A stretch of DNA of 64,000 bases from Enoplolaimus lenunculus. Its lineage: Eukaryota. The position numbers were made by a program, and so were the translations under genes. The stretch is from contig JASANG010000273.1 of the NCBI GenBank assembly GCA_030248215.1, forward strand, positions 248,001 through 312,000, written 5' to 3'. Positions 52,101-64,000 of the stretch are shown here, piece after piece (within the stretch, counting starts at the first letter, position 1; every line of letters begins with the position of its first letter). The notes beneath the pieces are model-generated. The model worked only from the letters and a program-made list of their open reading frames with translations, was not told the origin of the DNA and did no database searches.

Positions 52101-55100
52101 ACAGTTTAGCATCACTGCAGAGTTTTACAGTTTTATTTGAAAAATTTCGACGTTTTGATTTTTTTGCAAAACGTTGTTTATATTTTGTAATATACATGGT
52201 TTTGCAGTTTGAATTAAAATTTTACTCAGTATGGCTGCAATACACACTGATTCAATTAACACCGGTTGCGTATTGTTACGGCTGAGACGACAGTCATTTT
52301 TCTCGGAAACTTGATTTTGTATCACTTCGCAATTGCGCATGCAGTCAGTGTTAAAGAGCATACTCAACGCCAGGTCAATCAAGTTAGTCATAAAAATTTA
52401 TGTCAGCCCTAAATCGGTTTAACGGAATAAAGGAATCTTGAAAGATAGCGATTTTTGCCGGAATCGTTTAAAAATCTTTTTTATACCTTTTGGAAACTTG
52501 CTATACGCAGCTTAATTATAGACGTATTTTTCGTTACTTCAGTTTTGACGGTCTTTAATTCAAAAATCTTTTCAGTTAAAAATTTTCGAATTTTTATAGC
52601 AGTTCATTTTTGCAAACAAGCGGCAATGAACATTTTGGCAGCAACGGTATTGAAAAGGTTAACGAAGCGCTACTGTGGGCCTTCAATCGTGTAAATCAAT
52701 CAGTTCTTTATGCGAAGGGTGAGATTCAGTCACATTTCATCAAAGAAGTTGTTAATCGAGCGCACTACGGTTTGAGGTTCTAGAATTTGGGCAAGTGGGT
52801 TTTTTTTTCATTCAAATTCATGGAACAGCATTTGTAAGCAAATTCTTGTGAATTCCATGCATATATTGCCGTTGGCCCAGAGACTTTTTTGCACAACATA
52901 CCGAAGCGAACTGATTAAACACTTCATTCAAGTGTAACTGACTGATTGAGCATGACTTGTATAACCGGCTACCCATTATGACCACTACCTTTCATGAAAT
53001 AATGATTTTATTGCAACAACAGGGGCAAGTTATTTCTGCGATTAAACACTGCAAAAATTGAAATCATTGGTTTTCTGAAACCAACCACATAACTTAAAAT
53101 TGGGACACTTAACTTGTTTAATTTTTGGTCAATTTGAACACAGCCAAATATTTTAAATTAGCAAAACTTTAAACGAACCTTCAATGTTTGCAATGTTTTT
53201 GTTTTTTTATTTTTACGAAAAGTATTATAAAATTTGATGTTTTCGATAAAAGTTATTTTGGGCGTACACCCTATCGAACAAAGTCAGAGTTTTTCATGAC
53301 CTATTCTCCAGAACATAAAACATTACACAGTGCCTCATGAACAGATTGTTTGCTATGATAATCAGTTTTTCATTAGTTATCTCCAATCCCAAAAATTGCA
53401 TCAAACGATACCAATGATTTGACGAAAAAGGTTAAAATAAACTGTACTGGTGGGTGAAAAATTGAAAACTTGTCTATCACTCTACAACAAGTCCTGGGTG
53501 TTCCACAAAATAGCTTTGATGCGGCAGTTCAAGGAGAAAGAACTGAAGATTTGTGGTATTATAACAATTTTTGGGAACAACGTTTAAAAATCGTTGATTT
53601 CAATTCTTAATAGTAATATTTCTGAACCAATACTTTGTGTGAACCTAAAGTTATCAAATGTTTGATTGCAAACTTTGTTATTCAAACAAATTACGTCTAG
53701 AACTTCTGGACCCGTCTGGGAGATCAGTACAGTACGGTAACGGCAATATTTCACTAGAAGTTAAATTTGTGAAAAAAATTTTTGAGTCGGAGGGCGCCTT
53801 TTTGCATAACATGTTGAAGTAAACACAACAGAAAGAAATTGTGTTGTGGTGAGTACTCGCCATAAAAAGTTGAAAAATGGCATGGAACATCAGTAACCTA
53901 GCGATGTACAATAGAAATAATGTGACACAGTTGTTACTTGGTTAACTAAAATGCAGAATAACATTTGAAGTATTAAATTGATCAAATAAATGACATTAAA
54001 ATTTAACTTTATAATTCAATTCTACACATTTTTAATTGACCATGCGACAACTGTATAACGTAACTTCTACGATAGTTAGCTAGGTTATTTGTGGAGTATG
54101 TCGTTTTGTGAAAAATGTCTAAAATAACGGTGCACGTGGGATGAGGATGGGCACATATCTGCATGAATGCATAAGTAAACATGAAAAAGTTATTCGGAAT
54201 GAATTGTGTTATAGTGAACAGTCACCGTCGAAAATTGAAGTGACATGGTCCATCGATCACCTAGCGATTTATATTAGAAGTAATGTTGCACAATTGGTGC
54301 ATGGTTAATTATAAATCTGTAGAATAGCAATGGAAAGGTTAAATTGACCGATTCTAATGATATATATTCTACACATTTTTAATTCACAGTGGTACAATCG
54401 TGTAACATTACTCTAAAGATAGTTAGCTAGGCTATTGGGGACCATTTCACTTTGAAAAATGTTTAAAATAAAGGTGCATATGGGATGGGGGTGGGCATCT
54501 TTCTTCATAAGATGCAGATCAAATATTTTGACATATGCATATGTTAATACAAAAATGTTTATGAATATGTTGAAGGGGGAGAGAGAGCACCAACCGTTTT
54601 GCACTATTAGTTTACCTAGCCTAAGTAATTGAACCGTGAGCAATGCATAACAAGCTAGAACGGTATGCAAGGCGTAGAATAGTATAAGTTGGTGCAACCC
54701 TACCTCATCCCTCATTAACTCAAACCGCTGTCGAATGGTAACAGTGGAAGGCAATGGCAAACGGAAGTTGATAATATCTTACACACAAAGAATACATTTT
54801 AGTAAGTTGTGGGTGGTGATAAATTATATAAATTAGTATTATGCTGTTAGAACTATTAGTCGCCAAAAAAACCTTCCCTAGGGATAGTTAGTTGCGACTA
54901 TCTCTATGGGGTTTATAACTAATTTGGTTTCTCTAAATAATTTTTCGTGTTTTTACAGATGAAAGCGATGTTGCGAAATCCTCAAAATCGACAGTTGTGG
55001 TACATGGCAGCGCCTTAGGACCGGATTGGGCTACGGAAATGGCAATTTCAACGTTGAAAGAGCAACCGAAAATCGTACGCAATGTTTGCGCTAATTTAAA

Positions 55101-58100
55101 TTATATATTAGTTGGGAATTTTTTAAATCAGTCAGTTGATATGACTAGGCTGGGCAGTGTTTAATTTTACACGAGCTATAAGATACGCATGTAGTCATTG
55201 AACAATCGCCGATTAATAGCAACGATTTGAGCCCGAATTTACTACTCGGTTAGTTATTTTTACTTCACAATCGCTGGAAAGGAACGGAAATTTTGAGTGC
55301 GTCAGCACATACATTCTATGAAGTTTATCTAAAATCGTTAATATGTATTTTTTAAATAAAATTTGTGTTTTTATTTCGTTTTAGACATCAAGCGTTATTA
55401 TTGAGTATGAGTGTGAAGTAGAGTCTGTGACTTCATGTGATACGACTGGAGTAGCGAGTGGTTCTGTATGTTGGATAACATTGAAAATATTTTTAAATCA
55501 CTTGAAATCAGTAATTTTTGTTTAGTTTTAAATGCTATCGTTTAGTTTTAGATTCTGTAATTTCGTATAATAATGTTAAAAATAATGTAACAAGCGTAAT
55601 TGTGTTTGACGTAATTCTTAAGGATCGTAGCAATATTGTGGATTAGTTCTGTGATTTTTGTACATTTAACAGTTGATTTTATGCGAAATTATGGTATAAG
55701 AAGTAAAATGCGACGTTGTAATTTTTTGCAGGGCGACTCATTGTATAGTTATAATTGGCCAATTACTGTAACTCTGACAAATGGAAAAGTGTTCGGGTGC
55801 GATTTTGTTGTTAGTGCGACTGGTGTGGTTCCAAACGTAGATTTGTGGTTGCATGCTGGTAGACCTGAGAACGATGATAAGCAGGTTTGTTCGGTTTGGG
55901 ATACTCTTTGATTGCAACGAAGACTTGGGGTTGCGGTATACTTCTTTTCCAGCATATTGCCAAATATCAAAAGAATTAGACGGTTGGAAAATCGTGACGT
56001 TGCACTGGACAACCCTCACGGTTCCGAGCAGCCCTGCATATCAGAAGATAAAACCAAATATTACAGCGCAACTTTTATAAAGGAAAATATCAGAGATATT
56101 GTTATGAATCAAGTGAAATGCGCTATTTTAAACACTGTTCACGTTTTAAATAGCATATTTCAGCACCCCTTTGCGTATGTATACGATACTGTAAAATGAA
56201 TAGCAATAATGTAGAAAAACGCTACTATGCATTTGTTTTATTGTGATTCCTCATGCGCATTATACTTTTTTGCAGGTTCATTGATATATATGCGCCAGGA
56301 TTTTCAACATTGTGCAGTACGTAGCAAGTTTTAGACCGGTTTTCAAAGTGGAGAATGAATGGAAAATTATTCTAAATTAGGGAACTTAAACATTAGATAG
56401 CTTCAGCGATGCCATATATTATATAGCCAACTGATGATAGATGTCACATTGAGAAAACGGTTGATGATTTTAGCAGCGTACGCTGGCGCCAGACGGAGGC
56501 ATTCCAGTTAACGAACGCTTCATGACGGCTATTGATGGTGTTTTTGCCGCAGGCGATGCATGTACTGCAACCTGGAAATGTGCCCCGCACTGGTTGCAGG
56601 TATATATATGTGATATTCTCATAATGTATTAGTGTTTTTGATCCTCTTGCTTAGCAAAATACAATTAGATTTCAAAAATATTACAGCTAGAGAGACCGAA
56701 ACGTACTATATTTCTGGGTCATCACCACAATTCCTGTTGCATACTTCTCAACCGGATAACAAAAATACTAATAAGAGATTGGGTTTGAAGAAATTATGAG
56801 GTTTGATGGAATTTGAAAACAGTTTACTGTTTGTAAGGTTGCCTTGTACTTTAGCCTCGACCTAGATAAATGATATAATAATCTAACTGACACTGACGGT
56901 TTACAGGATTTTTTTCGAGTGAGGCGGAGATCAAATATGGTTATCAAGAGAGCATACCTCAATTTTTCCTGCATGCCACTGCTCCTGGTGTCGCCACGGT
57001 CAACGTAGTTGATAATCGTGAATTTTGTTCGTGTTTTGAGATGGAAGATTATCCTTAGTACCATTAGTTCTGAGAAGGCCTGAATAATAATCAGAAAACC
57101 GCGAAAAAATAGCATACCTGGAATTGTCTAAAAAGCCACACTGCCTTTATTTTAGATGCGACTGTGGACTCAAGCAAAACAAATGGGAACATTTGTCGCG
57201 CGGTGCATTCACTGTCATTTATCCTCAACGCCTATGCCTTCACTTGATATTTGTTTCGAAATATTTACGCACGTGACGACGTTTTTTGGATTTAAGGTTG
57301 GTTGGTTATGTTAATGTTTTTAATTTCACGTATTTTGCTGTGTAGCGCGTTAACGAATTTGAAAGCCGGAGTTCGTGTTACGGCTAGAATTTCTGCAAAA
57401 ATGCAATTCCGTTCCTGTTCCTGTACCTGCATTTAAAGATGTCGGGATCAGAATTTTTACAGTTTTGTGGCAAATTGTTCTTAATCTTTTAAACATTGGA
57501 AATTTTTTCTTCGAAAAATTGTCATTTAAACATGAGTATTTTTCCAATTACTTTAATTTTGGTAATAAACTGTTTGTGATGTGTTTTGCACAACTTATAA
57601 TAAAATAGCCTGATAATTCGTTTAAACCATTTTTTGGCAAGTTTTCTAAAATGTCCAACAGTAATTCGGTGATGAAAATTATTTCAAATCCCGGTTCCTG
57701 TTCCGGTTCCGGTAAAGTTTAGTTTCTGTTGAAAACCTGCAAATTGCGATGGTGACTGCCATTGTATCGCATAGAAGGTATATCGGATGGGTTACTTGGT
57801 GGTTGTTGCCACATAGAATAGCACTTTTCATAATGCACATTCGCTTCGTATGAATAAATTATACAGTTTTGTATCCAACTTGGTAGAGTACACAGGTTTT
57901 TGTCAGTGCTCGTGGTATTTGGTGGGCCCATTTATAGATAAGGGCGTGCCGTTTTCCGTGGGACTGCAATAGAGTAAGCTTTAGCTGTAGGCTAGTTTTT
58001 GCTTACATTAGATTGTACTAGACCCCTTTCTTTATATTGGAAGCGTGGTAAAATATAGATCGGATAAAATTTGGATTTACAATAATTGACTCACAGTGCA

Positions 58101-58771
58101 TTTTCTATTTTTAGGTTATTCTACTAGGAAAATTCAACGCACAAAGTCTGGAAAAAGATAAATGCGAGATACTGTTACGAATGGACGCAGGTACATAGGT
58201 TAATGTGCTTGGATTTTTCTTATAAAACGTTTAAGGCAGTGTGGTGTTGGTTTTCTGTGAAAGGTTTTTGTAATGTACATAGGAAATACTGTGGCAGCAG
58301 CGATGATGTGATTCGTTGCTTCGTGTCGATCCATGTTTTATAAGGGCTGACTTATCGTCTGAAACGCAAATTTCGGGACCAAATATCATTTTTTTAAATA
58401 CTGTAATATTTTGTTGGTAGTTTCTCTCATTTCATATTTGGAATTTAACATTATCATATGGTCCACCGCCTTGCATTACGACAAGCTAAGCAGCAGTGAG
58501 CTTACTGTTTTTGAATACTAATTTGAACATTTTCTAGACGAATAATGCGGTGAAAACCTGGTCGCATTCACAAAAGAATATTATTCTGTTTTTAGGTGAA
58601 GAATTCGTCAAAGTAATTTTGTATGATGGGCGTGTAGTAGGCGCTATTTTGATCGGCGAGACTGATTTAGAAGAAACCTTTGAAAATTTAATTTTAAATC
58701 AAACCTGTGTTTCACACTTAAAAGATGATCTGCTGAACCCATCGGTAGATATTGAAGATTACTTTGATTAA
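40166..58771 (+). CDS. PYROXD1: Pyridine nucleotide-disulphide oxidoreductase domain-containing protein 1, about 509 aa, 14 exons
   Basis: Exons 40166-40228, 40435-40515, 41911-42030, 47458-47529, 48001-48054, 48978-49051, 49222-49418, 54959-55074, 55385-55465, 55732-55884, 56474-56599, 57156-57296, 58115-58190, 58596-58771, all GT-AG and in frame. Motifs [93 protein letters not shown]. Confidence 0.96.
40668..41128. mobile_element. MITE with TIR CGTTATAAC..GGCAGC..GGAA(C/T)ACG; second copy at about 38985-39433
   Basis: Inverted ends at 40668 and 41128 and an internal ~86-bp tandem duplication (about 40834-41005). The body is shared with 39120-39290. Confidence 0.65.
43289..45881 (+). CDS. 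GT31 beta-1,3-galactosyltransferase-like protein nested in PYROXD1 intron 3, about 456 aa
   Basis: Exons 43289-43835, 44354-44732, 45204-45396, 45630-45881, in frame. GT31 motifs [49 protein letters not shown] (DxD), [19 protein letters not shown]. The true start is uncertain: there is a possible upstream exon (~42727-42782) splicing to 43340. Confidence 0.88.
46004..46387. mobile_element. hAT-like MITE with (GGAACA/GGAACC)n; inverted copy at about 57360-57739
   Basis: Right end CCGGTTGAACCCTG. The body is reverse-complementary to 57360-57739. Confidence 0.7.
49620..50100 (+). pseudogene. Decayed RTE-clade non-LTR retrotransposon reverse-transcriptase fragment
   Basis: Frameshifted remnants [17 protein letters not shown] (FLDLEKAFD motif) and [10 protein letters not shown] (LLYADD motif) occur in the expected order. 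Confidence 0.7.
50603..54906. mobile_element. ~4.3-kb foldback-like element with ~0.9-1.1 kb inverted arms in PYROXD1 intron 7
   Basis: About 50603-51505 is reverse-complementary to about 53745-54906 (e.g. TTGGCGACTAATAGTTCTAA vs TTAGAACTATTAGTCGCCAA, CACCACCCACAACTTACTAAAA vs TTTTAGTAAGTTGTGGGTGGTG). The arms contain internal repeats. Confidence 0.75.
51510..51912. mobile_element. hAT-like MITE
   Basis: TIR CAGGGTGCAACCGGAATT, perfect 8-bp TSD ATTGCCAT (51502-51509, 51913-51920), (GGAACC)n subterminal repeats. Confidence 0.9.
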
Positions 58772-59429
58772 GCCATGAGTTCGATTTTTTGAGAAGTCGA
58801 CTGTATTGCCTTGGCTAGCTATTATGCCGCACAGCCTGGACATATTTAGTCTGCTTGTAGAACGGAATGCCCACGTACTCCCTGAAGTTTTGATCGCCCC
58901 GCTAAGACTTCGTTGGCTGCGAGTATGTGAGATGATAGTTTGCACTTTTAGCCAGTGAGCCCAAGGATATTGTGCTTTTTCACAAATGGCGCCAATGTTC
59001 CTTTTAGGGCTGTTCCTTTTTTCTCGCATGGCCTTTATAATTTAGGACTTGAATTTAAACTGTGTAACGCTTTGGCTTAGGATTAACACAAATTTTTACA
59101 CTTAGGTTTAGGTTTAGGAATTACTTCAAAAGTTGCTGTCGTTAAACGAATCTGTGTTAAATTTTCAGTAAAGTTGATGTTTTCGTTTGCGTTTATATTT
59201 TGACCTATTTTGTGACAGTGGACAATATCGAGCGTTTCGGTTATTTTTGCAATTGGTTTATAACAGGGTACCACCGGATACGGTGCCGTACGGATGACGG
59301 ATGGCGCTGCACGACGAGTAAAGCGCCACCCTGTGGCGACGTATTTCGAGTGATTAAATTCTGTCAGTAAAGCGTGTTAAATTTTTGAGAGGTTTGTGCC
59401 AAAATACTTGATTATTTCCCTTTCCCCGC

Positions 59430-59852
59430 TGTAAGTATGTGAGACATGCTTGTCCTGGTGCATATGCAATAAATGCATTGCACATTGTGTTGTACAGTCG
59501 ACACATATAGTCGACGAAAAATGCAGTTGGAGAGGCGGGCTTCCTGGCGCAGTGCTAGAGTGCTCGCTTAAGGATCCATAGGCTGAGAGTTCGATCCCCG
59601 CTCTAGCCCACTGTTCCAGCTGCTTAGTAGAAAGGTCTGATATCCCTCAGTTCCAACCTAGACTGACATGGGGGCAACGCCGTGAGCGCAATGGTAAACT
59701 GCCGCGCTATGAACACGGTATGCAGTCGAAAATAGGATGGACGGTCAAGGGACGACCTTGTTAAAAATAAGGGCATGTAAGCATGTGAGACATACTTGTC
59801 CTGGTGCATATGCAATAAATGCATTGCACATTGTGTTGTACAGTCGACACAT
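59430..59852 (+). mobile_element. Small element: 77-bp direct repeats flanking a tRNA-like head and structured body
   Basis: Repeats 59430-59506 and 59776-59852 (2 mismatches, TGT..ACA, contain AATAAA). tRNA-like 59537-59610 (GGGCT..AGCCCA, A box TGGCGCAGTGCTAG, B box GTTCGATCC). Confidence 0.6.
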
Positions 59853-60824
59853 TGAAGTCCCGGTTCCTACCTAGACTGACACCCCCGAAAAAGTTCCCCA
59901 TCATATACTGATTGGATCATAAAGCACAGATGCTTAGGGAAGTGCTTAGGGTTAGCCTAAACAAAACTTATGCATAGTAAAATATACAGTGGTACGGGGT
60001 AACTTGTACGTTCTATCAAATTAACACGTGTGGGGAAAACTAAAGTGACAACTCTAGCAGTGTTGCGTGGTGCAAGCCTCAACACTGGACAATTTTAGTT
60101 TATATGTATATGTGTCAATAGTTTTAGGACATAGATTATTCTAGACGATATATTTTCAAATTGCCGTATACGGCCATATGTATATAGTTATACGGTAGTT
60201 TTATTTATGCAATATCCGTAGTGGCTTAATGTTTTGAAGAATAGTACAGTAATAATAGATAAGTGGTTTAGTGATATCCTGCCATATGACGGTCATTCAG
60301 TTTAATGCCGATAAATTCAGTTGTACATATGTATAGCAACATAAACAATATGTTGTTATTTTATTAAATAAATACAAACATTCAGTGCAAGTATTATCGG
60401 GTATAACCAAGGTGCAATCGTGGTCATTGAACAAACGGTAATTTATATACGAAAACAACTGCGGGTTCTGCAATAAATTTCCAAACTTTTCATAATTATG
60501 AGAAGTAGTTCTGTAAGTTAAACTTCGCAGTCGTATGATAGCACTTACAGCGTCAATTTAACCCGTACTATATAAGTCTATGCATATCAAAATGAACGAG
60601 CTAACGTATTTTATGCGGGTTTTCACTGAAGTCGATTGAACATTACTTCTGGTATCGATATCACGGCAAATTTGAGCTACTTGTAGTGATTCATGTGGTT
60701 TGTTTGGCCTTTAATTGCTTAAAACTGAATATCACCTCAGTTTCAATGTTGTTTTGGATCGAAGCAGATGCTTCGTATTGTATTTAATTTAAACAAGCTG
60801 CCTGCGATGGACGTTTGAACAGAA

Positions 60825-61951
60825 ATGACAGTACAACAAGAACAAGAACCACAGCAACAGCTGCAACAACAGCAAGAACAGCAACAGCAGCAGCAAGAAC
60901 AACAAGAACAACAACAACAACCGGAACAACAATTGGACCAGCAACAGCAACAGCGACCACTACCGTCACAACAACAACCACAACAATTACAACAGCAACA
61001 ACCACAAGAATTACAACACCAACAGCAACAACTTAAGCAGCAGCAACAATTACATCATCAACAACAACAACAATTACAACAACAACATCAACAACAACAG
61101 CAACAACAACATCAACAACAGCAGCAACAACAACAACAATTACCACCACCACCACAACAACAACAACAATCACAACAGCCGCAACAACAACAACAACAAT
61201 TACAACAACAATCGCATCTGCCGCAACAACAATCACAACAGCCAAAACAACCACAGCAATCACAACAGCAACAACAGTTGACATCAACTGCGCCGTATAC
61301 ACAACCGGTAGTTGCAAGGCCAATTTCACCATATCAATTAAAACGTATTCGGATTCCGACAAGCGCAGGACCGAGCCCAGATGTTATTGTGTAAGTTTAG
61401 TGGATATGCGAATAATTTGTCATACGCATGCTGATATGTATCTATGTTTGTATTGGGTTAAAATTCGAGCGTGCCTTACTGTAAAATTAAAATAAGTACA
61501 CATATATGTATATATAAGAATGTTCTTTGGTTCTTTTATGCTGAGGTTTTCCTACTGGAGAAGAGGACCTCACATCCGAGCTTCCTTACTCCAATCTCGT
61601 GCCACGTTGAGTCCCCCGCTTCGCTCATCCTAGCAACAACACAAACAATTTACAAATTGCAGAACGTCGGGTTTAAAGGTCCTCTTTAATTGTGGGTCTG
61701 TACAACGTACTGAAATCGAATTGTTTCAATAAAACTGTGATAGAAGTTTATATTAGCAGCTGTACGCCCTTTTGTTACGTCGAGCTCTGTACATTTGTTT
61801 TTGAAAAGTTCATGGTTGAATCCATTGCTAATTTGCCGAACCCGAATGCGGACCTTACATTTGTAAATTTTCTTATATATCGATAATTTGTTTCAGAATA
61901 CCACTTTTTGCAAACAGCAATTATTTCCTGTCCTATATAGTTCCGTTCTGA
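60825..61951 (+). CDS. Candidate glutamine-rich (polyQ) protein, 2 exons
   Basis: Open Q-frame 60825-61390 with CAA/CAG mixing, ending at a strong donor GT|GTAAGT. In-frame second exon 61897-61951 after TTTCAG (IPLFANSNYFLSYIVPF*). No homology recognised. Confidence 0.45.
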
Positions 61952-62913
61952 GATTTGTGACCCGAAACATAAAAGATACGTATTATTTATAAATATATAA
62001 TATGTATATATATTATATGTTTGAAATGGAACTAAAAAGAATGTTTCTGTAGTGTGTAAATACAGTAATTCCCGTAATATGCCTGCCTATTTAAATTCAG
62101 CGTTATAGTTTCGAATACGCAGTAGTTGCTGGAAATATTGAGGGTCCCTTGCTACATTAGTTGAACTCGAACAGCGCCATCATGTTTTTGTTATCATTTT
62201 ACCTATGCTGTAACTGTAACTCCGCGAATTATTCGCAAAATTCCATCAAAACAACAAACTTTTGTTTATACGTAACTTTTTAAAAATTGAAATTTACCGG
62301 TCCAGAAGAACAGCAATTGCGCAAATTCATTTACGTATATATATACGTACGGGGGACAGCGGAATATATGCTCCCCACAAAGTTCTGCAGAAGCCGGAAA
62401 ATAAACGCCTTCAACAGACGTTATAATCATGGTCCATATCGTAGTTCCAGTTTGTTTGTAGCAGAGTTTGTTTTTGTAAGCTTTGTTGCTAATATACAAC
62501 AGTTACAGACCAGGGCTGAACAATCAATTATTAAAAATGTTTCAAATAATTTTTGAGTTGGCTCGAAACGTAAATGAAATGCATTCGTGGATGGCGTCAG
62601 GACGATTTTTTTAATACTGGGTAATAAAGTGTTCAAACTAAGTTATGGGTGGGTTGCACTTTGGGCGATCCAATAAATTGTTTAAAAATAGCTTTAGCCT
62701 AAGCCTAATTACAATTTTTTGAAATGGTTAGTTGAACTGAATATGGAGCAATTTGAATGCAAGAAAAACATACATACTCAAGTATGGACTCCAGTGTTCA
62801 AGTTATGCTTATATATCTATTAGAGGTCTCCCTAAGCAGCGTTTAGAAAAAAGAACGGTTAAAAAGATACACGCTAATTTGCATATTACCTGTCCTAATT
62901 TTACCATTTGAAT

Positions 62914-63302
62914 TAGGGATGTGCCGATACCAAAATTTTTGCCGATGCCGAACCGATGCCGATGCCGATTCCAACTTTAGTACACCATGCTTAATTAACA
63001 GATAGGATGCTACATTACATCATTATATGTAGACTTAAGAAACCCTAACCATAATAAACGATTATAATTTTAGACGAACGGTTCATTTCAATTAATTTTT
63101 TCAACACAGACGCAAGAAAGATATGAGTTTTCCTGACCGGACACATTGATTTGCGCCCAGAAATGAACTTGATAGCATTCAAACTGACTGTGATGTGCAA
63201 AAAGTATCGGCAAAGAATCGGCAATTTTTATGCGGTGCCGATGCCGATACTCACGAAAAAACTGCCGATTATTGCCGATGCCGATTAATCGGCACATCCC
63301 TA
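62914..63302. mobile_element. hAT-like MITE
   Basis: TIR TAGGGATGTGCCGAT, perfect 8-bp TSD ATTTGAAT (62906-62913, 63303-63310), (GCCGAT)n subterminal repeats. Confidence 0.9.
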
Positions 63303-63359
63303 ATTTGAATGCGTTCTATTTTTATGTCGGTGTATACCACTATGTTCAACAGGGCATTG

Positions 63360-64000
63360 TTTTATTGAGCGAAACGAAACTCCGAGCGAAGCTCGGAGTT
63401 TTGCGAATCGTTTTATGTTTTGTACTTGGGGGTCGAAAGGTGGATGTCCGTCCGTCCGTCTGTCCGTCCGAAAAGAATCTCAGGAACGGCTGAACCGATT
63501 TTGATAAACTTTTTTTGTTTGAAAGCCAATGATCCTGGGGTGTTAACCTCGCATTAGGGTTTGAAAATTTTGAGCCGTTTATTAGCTACAAGCTAATTTG
63601 CATAATTAATTAAGCCTAAACTAGGACATTCCACAATATTTCACTAATTATTACAGTTAGAAGCCATCTAATTTTAGCATTAAAGGGTTTTTGGGTGCGA
63701 GGAATCCGCGTACACTGTTTACAAATCTCCAAAATGGATAATTGAGCAGTTAGCTAATAGATAATTTGCATATTAGCATAGTTTGCCTAAATTAGGACTT
63801 TTTACAATGTTTCATTAAGTTAAAAGCAATATAATTTCAGCACTAAAGGGTTTTTAGGTGCGAGGAATTTGAATAAATTGTTTACAAACCTCCATAACCG
63901 ATAATGGAATAGTTAGCTGATAGCTAATTTGCATATTAGCTTAAGTGACCAGGCAAAATTAGGACTTTTAAAATTATTTCAAAAATTATTAAGGTTAAAA
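63360..64000 (+). mobile_element. Helentron/HINE (DINE-1-like) non-autonomous element, truncated by the window edge
   Basis: T-run start, hairpin AAACTCCGAGCGAAGCTCGGAGTTT, (GTCC)n microsatellite, CTCAGGAACGGCTGAACCGATTTTGAT motif and internal ~175-bp tandem units. Partial copy at about 40570-40650. Confidence 0.7.

Noticed and set aside
60784..61362. Thr-rich mucin frame and poly-Val antisense ORFs
   Set aside because: Alternative frames of the CAA repeat. The Thr frame is interrupted by a stop and lacks third-position variation.

Overview
AT-rich, repeat-dense, intron-containing animal genomic DNA. Many TTAGGC telomere-like motifs, a TTTCAG|ATG start context and a nematode-like NDUFB6 N-terminus suggest a nematode, which is inference only. 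Manual splicing recovers four + strand genes that the ORF track shows only as fragments: COMMD3 (8 exons, 27679-30135), NDUFB6 (5 exons, 34522-37569), PYROXD1 (14 exons, 40166-58771) and a GT31 (B3GALT-like) glycosyltransferase (4 exons, 43289-45881). The GT31 gene is nested on the same strand inside PYROXD1 intron 3 and has both N- and C-terminal hydrophobic segments. There is also a candidate glutamine-rich gene (60825-61951) and a candidate minus-strand Cys-rich microexon gene (8057-11810) whose microexon cassette is tandemly duplicated. The rest is non-autonomous DNA transposons (hAT-, Merlin-, Tc1/mariner-, Harbinger- and Helentron-like, several with visible TSDs), diverged ~1 kb LTRs next to a decayed ORF, an RTE reverse-transcriptase relic, tRNA-derived SINE heads, a ~4.3 kb foldback structure and a small TG..CA-repeat-flanked tRNA-like element. 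Family assignments come from remembered motifs; no database searches were run.
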